Notes: generated by a model from the letters alone, not told the origin. Counted from the stretch's first letter, positions 14,480-27,090 are shown. The stretch is DNA of 64,000 bases from Octopus sinensis (GCF_006345805.1 NC_043008.1:27466001-27530000), one strand, 5' to 3'. Program-made: numbers and translations.

Positions 14480-15400
14480 TACGACAGGAAAAATTCTACG
14501 CGTTTGGCAACTGATTATAGTAGTTTCCTACAATGTATAGTTGAGAAACCTGACAACTGGAAGTTTTCCTTCCTGCTCTGTGTTTGGAGATTTCTGCAAG
14601 GAAGGCTGAGCTCCATTAGTCCCTTATTAGTGAGGGAGATCATGAAGTGCAATCAGTAAGAGTATTAGATTGGGAGATGGTATTGCAGCTAGTATATTTT
14701 GTCACGTGGATACAGTTGTGAGAAGATGGCTTGAGTCTGGTATTATTTAGTTGAGGAGGGTTACTAAAGATTGTATTATCGTACGTCGGTTCATTTGGAG
14801 TGCATTGTGAGAGTTTGCGTGTTCCGAGAGCTGGTGTTGAAGTTTGTATCTGTAGGAGGTGGTGAATATGGATCCAAAATTAGATGTGATTAAGAAATTT
14901 TCACGGATGATTTATTGAAGATAGGGTAGTATTTATGCTGTCGTAGGAAATTAGATTTTAGGATTAAAAAAAAAGATTTTAGGTAGAGCTTAACTCGGAG
15001 AGAAACAGGTGATGCGAACCATAAAATGTCTCGCTTCCTGGCCTTATAATGTTTAGAGTGTATGGTTGCATCAGGAGGGGGAGATTTGTAGTTCTTGTAG
15101 GCTATGACTGGCCCGTTTTTAGATTCGGGGTTAGTATTGCAGAAGAGATGTGATATTTGAATTTTAAGCCTACTATTGGGGATATAAGCGATCTTTTCAC
15201 AGAAGCCGCTTCTTTGGAGGGATTGTTTATACGACGGGTCATGACTGTTAAAAATCTCTTTAGTTTGCAGTTAAGTTGGAGATTCTAATAGTTATGCCAG
15301 TGACGAAGGTGATAATATAGAACATTGATATATTGTAAAAATTGGTTGGGTTAATAGAAAATATGATATAGATTTGTATTTAAGACCAAATTACCGTTTA
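14480..15400 (-). mobile_element. Penelope-like element relic (RT thumb/linker region)
   Basis: Broken minus frames: EIFNSHDPSYKQSLQRSGFCEKIAY, RKRDILWFASPVS and FLRQHKYYPIFNKSSVKIS*S. These resemble the PLE motifs EIF..A.P.Y..AL..SGY, RKRNIIWFNPPFS and FP..H....IFN...VK.SYS. Confidence 0.6.
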
Positions 15401-15923
15401 AGAAATTGGCCACGTTATAGTTTTTAAAACAGTGTGTGGGGCCTTCTTGGTACGTCCCACAGATGGTTCACAAATGCACGCTCAAAGGAGTGCAGTATTC
15501 TTATTTAGTGCAGTGGAGAGGTTAGGGAAATATCGATTAATTTGGGACAGAAGGAATAAGCCAACCTTGGATGATTCCGATGCGACTATAGATATGTGGA
15601 AAAAGTCTGTAGATGAGTTGTAGGTCCAATTATTATCCTTAAAAGGAATCATATTCTTCCTCGCAACAAAGATGATATTGATGTTAGATCGAGAAATCAG
15701 TGACAATTTTCGGACAAAGATTAAGGCTTTATTGACAGTAATTGTTGCTACTGAGGAACAATAATTTGAAATGTGAAACTGAAGGAAATGGTGGTGATGT
15801 TTATCAGGAAGAGATGGAAACTGAGTAAAGATGAGACCGGTGAGCTTACAATAGATGTTGTTTATCTCATTAAGAGCATTTCTATGCGTTTGTTTACAAT
15901 TTGCACACACACACACACACACA

Positions 15924-15955
<32 letters not shown>

Positions 15956-15997
15956 CATGCAAATATATATATATATATATGCATATATATACACAAA

Positions 15998-16030
<33 letters not shown>

Positions 16031-16034
16031 CTAT

Positions 16035-16438
16035 ATTATTTTACTTGTTTCAGTCATTTGACTGCGGCCATGCTGGAGCACCGCCTTTAATCGAGCAACT
16101 AAACCCCAGGACTTATTCTTTTGTAAGCCTAGTACTTATTCTATCGGTCTCTTTTGCCGAACCGCTAAGTTACGGGGAAACAAACACACCAGCATCGGTT
16201 GTCAAGCAATGCTAGGGGGACAAACACAGACACACAAACACACACAGACACACATATATATATATATACATATGTACGACGGGCCTCTTTCAGTTTCCGT
16301 CTACCAAATCCATTCACAAGGCTTTGGTCGGCCCGAGGCTATAGTAGAAGACACTTGCACAAGGTGCCACGCAGTGGGACTGAACCCAGAACCATGTGGT
16401 TGGTTAGCAAGCTACTTACCACACAGTCACTTCTGCGC
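16035..16438 (-). mobile_element. Complete bipartite tRNA-derived SINE (best copy in the window)
   Basis: Minus strand: gcgcagaagtgactgtgtggtaag (A-box-like), gggttcagtccc (B-box-like), caccttgtgcaagtgtcttc (CORE-like box), internal (TA/TG)n, then a tail ending aatgactgaaacaagtaaaataata. It is repeated elsewhere in the window. Confidence 0.85.
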
Positions 16439-16861
16439 ATATATATATATGTATATACAACACATATATAAAAGCGTATACACGAGCACACATACACACA
16501 TATATATATATGCACAAAGACACACATAAACAACTATAGAGATAAGCACATGTTATATATACACATGTACATATGCGCGCGCGCGTGTGTGTATGTGTGT
16601 GTGCATTTCTAAGTCTGTCCACAATCCTCGCATGTATAAATTCCTGCTTGCTTTGCTTTATTTTCACAAAATTGTCGTCATTGTGTTATGTTTGTATCGT
16701 TTCTGTAAGAAAGTAACAGAGACAAATAGAGCCAGAATTCAATGGAGTTATTGTGCTTTCATACATAAATAAGTACTAGGTGGGGACATCGTGTTTGATT
16801 GAGACAATGGCATAATTCCTAATATTAAAGCAATGGGGTAGATAAAAAGTGATTGCACTAG

Positions 16862-16916
<55 letters not shown>

Positions 16917-16945
16917 CATATATATGTGTATGCACAGATCGCCAT

Positions 16946-17152
16946 GTTGATTCGTTAGTTACTGCACGCCTTTTTTTTCTCTCCTTCTTTCTGTGTTTTT
17001 TTTCTCTCTGTGTATCTTTCTGTTGAAGAGCGTAGGCTCGAAACGTTAAATACTTGTTTTATTTATATTTCCTGAGCGCCATACTAATACAATTGTTTGT
17101 TTGTTTTCCACCTGCCTTCGTCTTTTGTCTATTTTCATAAAGCTTCCCGTTA
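16946..17152 (+). mobile_element. ~200-bp short element carrying a hammerhead-like motif (probably PLE-derived), copy 1
   Basis: Homologous along its length to 25337-25540 (opposite strand). It ends in (TA)n. Confidence 0.7.
17015..17052 (+). ncRNA. Minimal type I hammerhead-like motif, CUGUUGA variant core
   Basis: TCTTT-CTGTTGA-A-GAGC(GTAG)GCTC-GAAA-CG-TT-AAATA: stem I 4/5 bp, stem II 4 bp, palindromic ACGT stem III. Confidence 0.5.
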
Positions 17153-17167
17153 TATATACATATATAT

Positions 17168-17203
<36 letters not shown>

Positions 17204-17216
17204 ATATATATCTGAA

Positions 17217-17270
<54 letters not shown>

Positions 17271-18059
17271 ATCACACACAAACATATAAGTATGTGTAAC
17301 AAATCAGTTATGGAAGATTTGGAGAAGAGGTATAATGAATTTAAGGGAACGAATTGCACAAAGTATTATAAATTTAGATATGAATTTTATTGTTGATAAA
17401 TAAATATTCACTTTCTAACTATAGGTTCGCAAAATATTGCTTTGATAATTCTTATAGGAGGACAATTATTCTAAAAAACTTGAAATTGCTTCAGTATTTT
17501 TAAAAGCTCAAATTGAAGATAAATCATTAAAGTCATTATTTCGGGTACTTTATATACTTAAATATCTCTTTCCCTTATATTAAAAGATTTTAAAATTTTC
17601 TGTCAATTGCAGCGTTAACGCTTTTAACGATTCCTTACTTCGGAATTCTATTAAGAAGCATAAATTGATTGAACATAAGATTCTGCGTCCTTTGTTCATT
17701 ATTTTTTCTTAAAATTCGTAGCAAAGAAAATAAGTTAAAAAAGAAAGCAACACAAATAAATGTAAATTATCGCTTTCATTTCCAGCATAGCGATAATGTT
17801 TTCTAACTTAAGCAAAAAGACATCTCTGTTGATCCCAAGAACTATTATTTGATTTTTGACTTGTAATTTATTTAATCATGCTTGAAATTATGTTCAGCAC
17901 CTCGGACGTTTGTAAGTGTTGCAGTAAGAACGTCATGAGTTGAATTAAATACTGTAAAGTATGTGTCCGGCAGTCTGCCGTCCATTGCACACCCTGAAAT
18001 TGTATTGTTTCATCGGATAAATGGGAGTTTAAACGATTTTAATCGGAAATCACGTCTTC

Positions 18060-18630
18060 AAAATTTTTGTCCTCCCCCACACCCATATTCACCGCAATTT
18101 CTTAATTCGTAATGTTTTACGAATTTTTTTTATCCTTGTAGAAAATACAGACAATACGAAGCTGGTAAATATATATTTTTCTTAAGGATTCATTTTTTAA
18201 AAAGAAACAACGCATCTTTCTCCCCCTCGCGCAGCCATAACCTACCCGCTTTCTAAAAACTAATAACATCCTATGGTTCAATTTCGTCTCATGTTTCACG
18301 CATGCGTATAATTGTACTGAAATAGCAGACGTAAACCATATTAAAGCACCATCAGAAAGTATGACAAGCTAGAAACAACAGGTAAACGACATTATTTTTA
18401 AAGAAATATCCCCGCTTCCTAAAAACCTAAAAGTGAAACATTGAGAGTTTTTTGAAAGTCGTGGGTGATGCGTGGATGTTTCGTATGTTTCTTTAAAAAA
18501 AAAAGAAGATAATTCTTAAAGATTCCTATTCTCTGTATTTTTTCTCCGTAGATTACCAACAAAAAATTTTGGAAAAAGTGGAAAATGAAGAAAATGGGTG
18601 GAGAGTGAGAAAATTAAAATATTGACAACT
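18060..18630. repeat. Old degenerate inverted repeat / MITE-like foldback
   Basis: Blocks at ~18070-18290 (cacccatatt, gaaaatacagacaatacgaa, ttttaaaaagaaaca) recur reverse-complemented at ~18470-18630. Identity is low. Confidence 0.35.
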
Positions 18631-19099
18631 TGTTTGGGGGGCAAATCCTAATCTCCTTTATATGAAAACAGGAATCAGAAGAAATTTAGGAATAAATGAA
18701 GTGGGGGTGGCAAATGTCAGCTCTAAATATTACAAACAACAGGTAAAGACAAGATTTCCGGGAGAACTTCATATTAAATTTATATCGAAGATCAGGTTTT
18801 TAAATTCTCTCATCACAAAAACGAATTACAGAATAGAAAAAGGTGATTTCAATTGGATTTGAGTGGTAATTTTGCGCGTGCACATAGCAAGAAATTACAT
18901 AATTCATAGAGAAGTTTTGCCTAGAGTGTTGCACGCGTGCGTGTGCGTATATGTGTGTGCGCACATGTGTGCCAAAGGAAGTTATTGCACGACATTTCTC
19001 TGTTTGAAGCAAGAAAGTTGTCAACTCAATGGTATGGCTGATCAGATGGAATCATATGATTGATCGTTAATTTCCGTAAAAATATTATGTCTTTATGCT

Positions 19100-20325
19100 T
19101 TGAAGATAGCAGAAATTGAAAGAGAGGAGAAAGTGAAATGGGTATATTTGATTTGAAGTTGGAGCAGAAAGTGAAAGAGAGAATGTGAAATATATATGTA
19201 CGTATATATGAAATGGATGTGTGTGCATGTGTATGTGTGAGCAACAAAGAGAGAGAGAGAGTGATTGTACACACGTCTATTTCATATACACATACATACA
19301 TCTTTCACTTTCTCCTCTCACTTTTTGCTCTGTATCCCTCTTTCGGCTCCCTCTCTCCCGCTCTCTCACACACACACGCATAATCGTTCATATAGACGTA
19401 TATAAATACATATGCATACATCTTCTTTGTATGTATATGTGCGTGTACATGTCAGAGAGAAATTGAGTGACTGTGTTTCGTCATAACAGATAGAGAGAGA
19501 AATGGATGTCTTTTAAGGTACACACTCATATAGAAAATGTGACGTCGTGGTATAAAATGCCGTTGAGAATAGTTGAATTATAGAAATATTATAATGTTAA
19601 ATTTTTGTAATGACACGTTTAAATGAAAATAAAGTTTATTTGTTAGCCAAAATATTACTGAATCTTTCTATTTCTCATACGTCAAAATCAGCAACTCAGT
19701 TTTCGTGATTTTTTTCTTGTTTCTGCTTAGAAGAGAGCAGAAATTGAAAACGAAGAGAAAGTGAAACCGTTACATATGCTTCAGAGTGAAAGTAGGAAGT
19801 CAAAGAGAGGAGGGAGTGAAAGATGTATGTGCGTTTTTATGTAATGGACGTGTGGATGTTGTGTGTACGCCCGTGTGGGTGTGTGTGTGTGTGTGTGTGT
19901 ATGTGTGTGTCCGAGAAGGAGAGGGAGTATGTGTTGTCTTATATGTGTAAGTGGCACTCACTCGGACTCTCTGTTTCACACATGTTGATCTTTCATATAC
20001 ACATAAATAAATACATATGCATACATCTTTTTGTATAGATGTGTGCGCGTGATGTCAGCGAGACCGAGAGAGAGAGAGTGTGTGTGTGTGTGTGAGTGAC
20101 TGTATTTCGCCATAATATATAGAGAAATAGATATCTTTTAAGGTACACACTCATATAGAAAACGTGACGTCATAATCATTTCGAAGCAGTATAAAATGTA
20201 AACGATATAGAATAGATTACAATGTAAAACTTTTGTAAGGCAAATATGTAAATGAAAATAAATTTATTTGATAGTCGTAACATTACTGAAACTTTGGAAC
20301 CCCATGCGCCAAAATCGGCAACTCA
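19100..20325. repeat. Degenerate tandem duplication, ~620-bp unit
   Basis: gcagaaattgaaa..gagaaagtgaaa at ~19108 and ~19737. atctttt/gtcttttaaggtacacactcatatagaaaa.gtgacgtc at ~19510 and ~20135. aaatgaaaataaa.tttattt at ~19621 and ~20251. Confidence 0.75.
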
Positions 20326-20799
20326 GTTATCGAATGTATAAGGAAGACACACACACATGCGCACACTCTTATATACATGGAAGATGTCCTTGTCAGTCGT
20401 CTCTGTCTGTGTCTCACATTCCTTGTGTGCCTATCTCATTCTGTCTCCTCCCCTGCCCTGATATCAGCTACACTAATTACGCCATATTTTCCTGAGCCTA
20501 ACAGTTTTGCACCCCTTTCATTTTATCATGTAATATTCCAATCCCCGTAGTAGGTCCACTTATCAATTTTTATTGAAATTCAATTAGCGTATTATTGAAC
20601 TGGATGTTAGTTCAATAATATATATAGAATGTTTAGTGAAGATTGGTTCTCTTGTTGGGCACCAAGATGGTATAGACAGACGGAGAGAAATTGACATTTA
20701 CATATAAGATACATATATATGTATGTCTGCGTATGCCTCTGTGTGTGTATTTGTGTATCAATCTAGCTACCTGGCTGTCTGTCTGCGTCTGTTTATCGA

Positions 20800-20816
20800 G
20801 ATTATATATATATACA

Positions 20817-20860
<44 letters not shown>

Positions 20861-20927
20861 ATATATATACATATATGTATGTATATATATGTATGTATAT
20901 GTATATATATATATATATGTATTTGTA

Positions 20928-21000
<73 letters not shown>

Positions 21001-21056
21001 TGTATGTATATATATGTATGTATATGTATATATATATATATATGTATTTGTATATA

Positions 21057-21097
<41 letters not shown>

Positions 21098-21240
21098 ACA
21101 AGTTTTTTCATCTTCCGTCTACCAAATCCACTCACAAAGCTTTGTTCGGCCCGAGGGTGCAGTAGAAGACAATTGCTCAAGGTGACTCGCAGTGGTACTA
21201 TATATATATATATATATATACATATATATATTTATTTATT

Positions 21241-21262
<22 letters not shown>
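20800..21262. repeat. Long (TA)n/(TATG)n tract with an embedded SINE head fragment (21095-21198, minus)
   Basis: Direct reading. The embedded segment matches 16280-16380. Confidence 0.85.
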
Positions 21263-21273
<11 letters not shown>

Positions 21274-21324
21274 TATTTATATAATCTCACACAGCTTCTA
21301 TATAAAGATTAGGTACTGAGATAG

Positions 21325-22555
21325 TAGCTCAACCACTCAATGTGGATGTGATGTATCTCGACTTTACAAAAGCCTTCGACAAAATTAATCAGTGCATGAT
21401 ATGTCACAAACTAGCTGACCTTAGTATAACTGGACAACTGCGAGAGTGGCTGCACTGCTTTTTGAAGGAGAAAAGTCAGTTAGTTGCAGCCAATGTTGCT
21501 CTCTTTGGGGTGACATGAAACCACAGCAAAATTTCTTACGTAATTACTAGGATCACTACTGTTTTTGTGCCTAACGTCAATTGTACAGCCAGCCACTATC
21601 ACCAGAAGCGTTGATGATACAAATGTATCGTAAGCGGTCAAGGACCCTGATAACATAGCAAAAGTGCAAAATGTCATGCATGCCGTATATAACTGGGCTC
21701 ATGAAAATAACATGTAGTCAATGCTGAAAAGTTTCAATCACGGCTCAGAATAAAACTACAAAATACAGTGTAATCCCAGATTTTGAGTTCGTGCGGGACC
21801 TAAAAATTCACATGCGTACTGATACAATATTCCATCTGCATATAATCAGGATGTCCACATTCTGCAAGCGAGTATCTGGTGAATCCTTAGATCATTCAAA
21901 ACCAGAAATAAAGATGCCTTGCTACTGATATGGAAGGCATTTGAAATCAGTCGTCTGGATTATTACTCCCAACAGTAGTCGCAGAAGAGCGTCAACTCAT
22001 TGATGGAACTGAGGCAATTCAGTGTCACTATGTAAAGCAGATTGACTCGATGAAACATATGAGCTCCTGGGAGAGGCTACAAGAGAAGGTGACAAAGGTA
22101 TACAGTGATATACATATGTAAGATCCTGGAGGTTTAGCTCCCAACTTTGGAATTAGAAAGCTATACCTAACTGGACACCTAACTGGACAGCATTGCATAA
22201 TACCAAAGACACCGGATTTTTCCTCTCAAATAGGATTCAGTATTGCAAACGCTTGGGTTTCAGGAGACTACAACTGTTTAACACCGGGCCAAGGAACTAA
22301 AAGTTATGCAAGGTGTAGATTGGGAAACGTACAAAAGACACCTGGGAAGAATTTCTTTCTGAAATCCCAGACAAGCACACAACGCGGCAGGAGGCCCGAT
22401 GAAGAGCAGCGTCATCCAAGTGGGTTCTTCACCCCACCCCACCCCACCCCAAAAAACAGTACAGATAAAATACTCCTAAACAGGAATCCGAAGAAATTTC
22501 AGAAAAAATTCAGTGGGTATCGCAAATGGCTGAAACCAGTAAGGGAATAAAAGAT
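21325..22555 (+). mobile_element. CR1-group LINE, 5'-truncated (decayed RT and 3' end)
   Basis: NVDVMYLDFTKAFDKINQCMICHKLADLSITGQLREWLHCFL at 21339, SVDDTNV (YADD-derived), FEFVRDL, ILRSFKTRNKDALLLIWKAFEISRLDYYSQ, WERL. Several stops and frameshifts. Confidence 0.8.
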
Positions 22556-22591
22556 TATACATACACACACACGCACACGCAAACATTCACG

Positions 22592-22630
<39 letters not shown>

Positions 22631-25304
22631 ATAAACACACATACACACACATATGATAAGTACTGGGGTCGAGTTAATCCACTAAGAATTCTCCAAGGTG
22701 ATACCCCACTATGAAACAAGTAAAAGATAAAAGATAAAGATATACGCGTGTTACGTGTTTTTCTTTGTGTAAGTTTGTGTGTGCGCGTGCGTGTATACAT
22801 CTATGTTGTTACTGATACCTTTATTTACACTTCTATTATCACTATACACTTATAAGAATTAATCGTACCCTAATTATGGGAGGAACCCCTGGATTGCATT
22901 CCTCACTCACATTCTTACAAATAATTACATATTTTTTTTAATGTAAATAATGTAATTTTTTTCCCAAATAAATTGCGCTTCATGTTTGAGGATTCGCTGT
23001 CCCTATGAGGTGCTACTCAGGTACAAAACCATGAGTCCTTCCGATAGTGGAAACAGCTGTAAGCAAATGAAGCCATATTGAGATAATCGTTTGTTATATG
23101 GTCATCTTATTTGGCTTAATACCAACCTGCACTCGACTAACGCCTGGTTCGAAAGAATAAGTTCATTGAGTTCTAGAAAAGGCTTTAATATCAAAATGCC
23201 TAATAGAAATATATACATATTGCATATACACGCGTAAATATATATATATGTGTGTGTGTGTGTGTATGCATACAAACGCACACACACATGTAATATAATA
23301 ATTAATAGTAGGTGGAACACGACTGGTGATAGTTAGTTCAGAGAATGGAAGTATGTGTCTTTTAATGAAGAATAAACAAATGGAGCATAAAATAGAACGT
23401 GAAATGGATGCTTAAGGGTAAACATAACTACATGCGTAAATATTAGTAGCTATTCAACGGCGTTTATGAAATTTCTAAAGATGATATATGCGATCGCGCG
23501 CACGCGCACACACACACAAACACTTCTTTGATGGGCTATAATATATTAGTTCCAGAAAACGTTCGTAATAAATATAATCGAGTAAACTCATTCATAGCGT
23601 AGACCCGGCTTGGCTGCGTTCCAATACATACAACCAATAAAATTAACTGCATAAAATAAAGGCAATATATTTTAGAATTATTCAAATGTTGATTTACAAA
23701 TAAAAATAATATACAATATTTAGAACGTTAGCTTAACCCCAATACCTCGCATTGTAAAAGAGAATATTCGGCAGCAGTGATTCTCTAGCACTTCATTTAT
23801 TGATTCTGTGAGAATTAAATATGATAAACTACCTCCATCTGTCAGTTGAAATCCATCTTACATCCCTTTACAGCGTTGTACTAAACAAAGAAATGCTTGG
23901 AATAATAGTTACTTTGAAGATAAGAATTGACTATGTGAGTCAATGGCGAACTTGTATGCTGTGAGTTTGTGGAATAATTCCTGTATTTAAAAACTACTCC
24001 GTTTTTATATGAAAGTAGTTATATTTTTGTACACATTCTGTGACATCGTAGAAGGTAATATCCGTTTTAAAACACAACTACTCAACCTGCAGTTATCACC
24101 ATTATAGGGGGATTTCAATTGTTGGGGGTAAATGATCAATAAAACTTTTTTACTGACTTTCTTACTTTCATTTAGCAACAAATTGTAAGGTGCGAATGTT
24201 AGGTAAGTATGACAATATTATTGATATACAAATATAAAAATTGTGGAAGAAGATGATATGCTCATTGTATATATTATTTTTCAAAGAAACACGGCTAATA
24301 TTTTCCCGAAAGGTAATATATTTTGTGATTCTACACCAACGTTAGAGATTATTATTTGTCAAAATGGATGCCTGACAGGTGATGAATCCCCAAGAGACTG
24401 CAAATTTAGGTTTTGAGAAATGTGTTGGGTCTTCTAGCAAAATAGCATGATAGATTTATAGTAATAGCATATATACTCTCATCGCTTCATGGATATCATA
24501 TTCCAACACATTAACTATATATAATTTAAAAAACTATTGACAAGAAATATACGATTCTAGTAACGGAGTTAACCAATCATATTGCATATAATATTGTTTA
24601 ATCAGCTAGATTTGTTTCAACCATATGACACTCATTTCAACAAGAATAAAGACGACTAAACACAGAACTCCCTATGTTAACTTGCAAAGTTAAACATTCT
24701 GTACTGTTGATTGATTTTGGGCTTCCGTGGGATCTTTTCGTCATCAAAACCTCCTTCCTCAAAATGTATATAAATTACTTAGTATAATAATTTCATAGAA
24801 TTAATGTTATTTGCCTTTCGCAATCAAAATATATTTAGTGGAAATTAGCGAAATATGGCATATTCTTTTCGAGATAACATTCAGATTGGTTGATCTTCAG
24901 AAATAATAGAACACACCATCTTCAACACCAATAATCTCCCTAAAACAACGGAATTTCCACAAATATAATGTGGTGCTTTCAAACAATCATTTCTATTAAT
25001 CCTCGAATCGAAAACTAGTACTCTTTTCAATATTAGAATTCCATAACTTGAAGCGCTCGAACATTTTCTTCTCCAACCGAATTTGACATAGTTCAATCAT
25101 TGTTATGCTTATGAGCTATTCTGTCATGCTTATGAGCTAGTCTGTCATGCTTATGAGCTATTCCACTTCATCTCTGAATATTTTAGAATATATTTGTACT
25201 CTACTATTACGTTCATTTAAATGGATAGAGAGTAATTGGTTTCAGAGAAAAGAAATATGTTGTACATTAATATTACGCTTTAAAATTATATATATATATA
25301 TATA

Positions 25305-25336
<32 letters not shown>

Positions 25337-25337
<1 letters not shown>

Positions 25338-25540
25338 GGGGGAAGCATTATGAAAATAAACAAAAGACGAAGGCAGGTGGAGTACAAACAAACAATTGTA
25401 TAAGTATGGCGCTCGGGAATATAAATAAAACAAGTCTTTTACGTTTCGAGCCTACGCTCTTTAACAGAAAGATACACAGAAAAGAAACACGGAGAGAAAC
25501 AAGGAGAGAAAAAAACGCGTGCAGAAGCTAGCGAATCAAC
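25337..25540 (-). mobile_element. ~200-bp hammerhead-bearing short element, copy 2
   Basis: Reverse complement of 16946-17152. Confidence 0.7.
25435..25472 (-). ncRNA. Minimal type I hammerhead-like motif
   Basis: Minus strand TCTTT-CTGTTAA-A-GAGC(GTAG)GCTC-GAAA-CG-TA-AAAGA: perfect stems I and II, GUA cleavage triplet, core deviates at positions 6 and 8. Confidence 0.5.
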
Positions 25541-25650
25541 ATATATATATAAATAACCAAAACCCAGTGAGTGGGTGTGGTAGAGAGAAACTGACACAAA
25601 CGCCTTGTACATATATGCATATATTTGTGTGCGCTTTCGTGTATATTTTT

Positions 25651-25839
25651 GCACCTCCCGGATGTTAGTGTGTTGAACTCCCCGTAACTTAGTGGTTTGG
25701 AAAATGTGACCGTAGGATTAGCACTAGACTTACAAAGAATGAATGTGGGGGGCGATTTCTGCGACTATAATACCCTTTAAGGATGTGCTATATCATGGCC
25801 AGAATTAAATGACTGAAACAGGTAAAAGAATAAAAGAAT
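25651..25839 (+). mobile_element. Degenerate tail half of the bipartite SINE
   Basis: ccccgtaacttagtggtttgg, tagacttacaaagaat and aaatgactgaaacaggtaaaagaataaaagaat match the reverse complement of 16035-16200. Confidence 0.65.
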
Positions 25840-25840
25840 G

Positions 25841-25908
<68 letters not shown>

Positions 25909-25928
25909 CGCGTGCGTGTGTATGTATG

Positions 25929-25991
<63 letters not shown>

Positions 25992-26102
25992 ATATGTTAT
26001 AATTATAATTTTGGAAGTGTTGGTCGGATATCTGTAGCTTGATATCGCTCTTTCGGGTGAACATTTAACCTTAACACTTTCGAATTTTATAATTGGAAAT
26101 CC

Positions 26103-26157
26103 TACACGGAAGAGAGAAGTAAATTTTGTGACACTTTAATCTCGAAACGCGTATGTA
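26103..26157 (+). ncRNA. Hammerhead-like motif with long loop II
   Basis: TACA-CGGAAGA-GAGA(22 nt)TCTC-GAAA-CGCG-TA-TGTA. There is one core mismatch to CUGANGA, and GAAACGCGUA is typical of PLE-type minimal hammerheads. Confidence 0.5.
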
Positions 26158-26474
26158 ATTAATCCTGGTCGTGTTGATTCATTATTATTCTCTTTGCCTA
26201 CGTAAAAATTATGTTACTGTCATGGAGATTCTTACAGTAGTAGAAAAGGATTTTTTAACTCCTATTTCTAAATTCGGTATGTGGTGAAGAAATTATCTGA
26301 ACCCTAATTATAATTATGTTTATAATTATAAAATATTTGTATAATTTTACCTATAAATGTTATTTTAACATACCGATCTACTTGGTAAAATTATTAATTA
26401 ATTGATTGATTAATTATTTAATTAATTTAATCGATAAATTTTACCCTTTTATAATTAATTTAAAACTAGATATA

Positions 26475-26536
<62 letters not shown>

Positions 26537-26946
26537 ACATATTTCTTTTCTCTGAAACCAATTACTCTCTATCCATTTAAATGAACGTAATAGTAGAGTA
26601 CAAATATATTCTAAAATATTCAGAGATGAAGTGGAATAGCTCATAAGCATGACAGACTGTGAATTTCTAACAATGATTGGACTATGTCAAATTCGGTTGG
26701 AGAAGAAAATATTCGAGCGATTCAAGGTATGGGAAGCTAATATTCAAAGGAGTACTAGTTTTCGATTCGAGGATTAATAAAAATGATTGTTTGAAAGCAC
26801 CACATTATATTCGTGAAGATTCCGTTGTTTTAGGGAGATTATTGGTGTTGGAGATGGTGTGTTCTATTATTTCTGAAGATCAACCAATCTGAATGTGATC
26901 TCGAAAAGAATATGCCATATTTCGCTAATTTCCACTAAATATATTT

Positions 26947-26987
<41 letters not shown>

Positions 26988-27090
26988 GAGAGAGAGAGAG
27001 AGAGAGAGGTGGGAGAGAGGGAGAGAGGGAGAGAGAAAGAAGGGGAAAGAGAGAAAGGGTGTTCGGTGTGATGTGCAGAAATTGAATATT

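Larger units (their letters stand above)
24823..26950. repeat. ~430-bp inverted duplication (arms 24823-25264 and 26533-26950)
   Basis: The arms align end to end. The inner 125 bp (25140-25264) are identical and the outer ~275 bp carry roughly 15 substitutions. The right arm is bounded by (TA)n on both sides. Confidence 0.95.

Noticed and set aside
25105-25165. CRISPR-like short direct repeats
   Set aside because: Three abutting 21-bp units without unique spacers in eukaryotic DNA. This is a slippage triplication.
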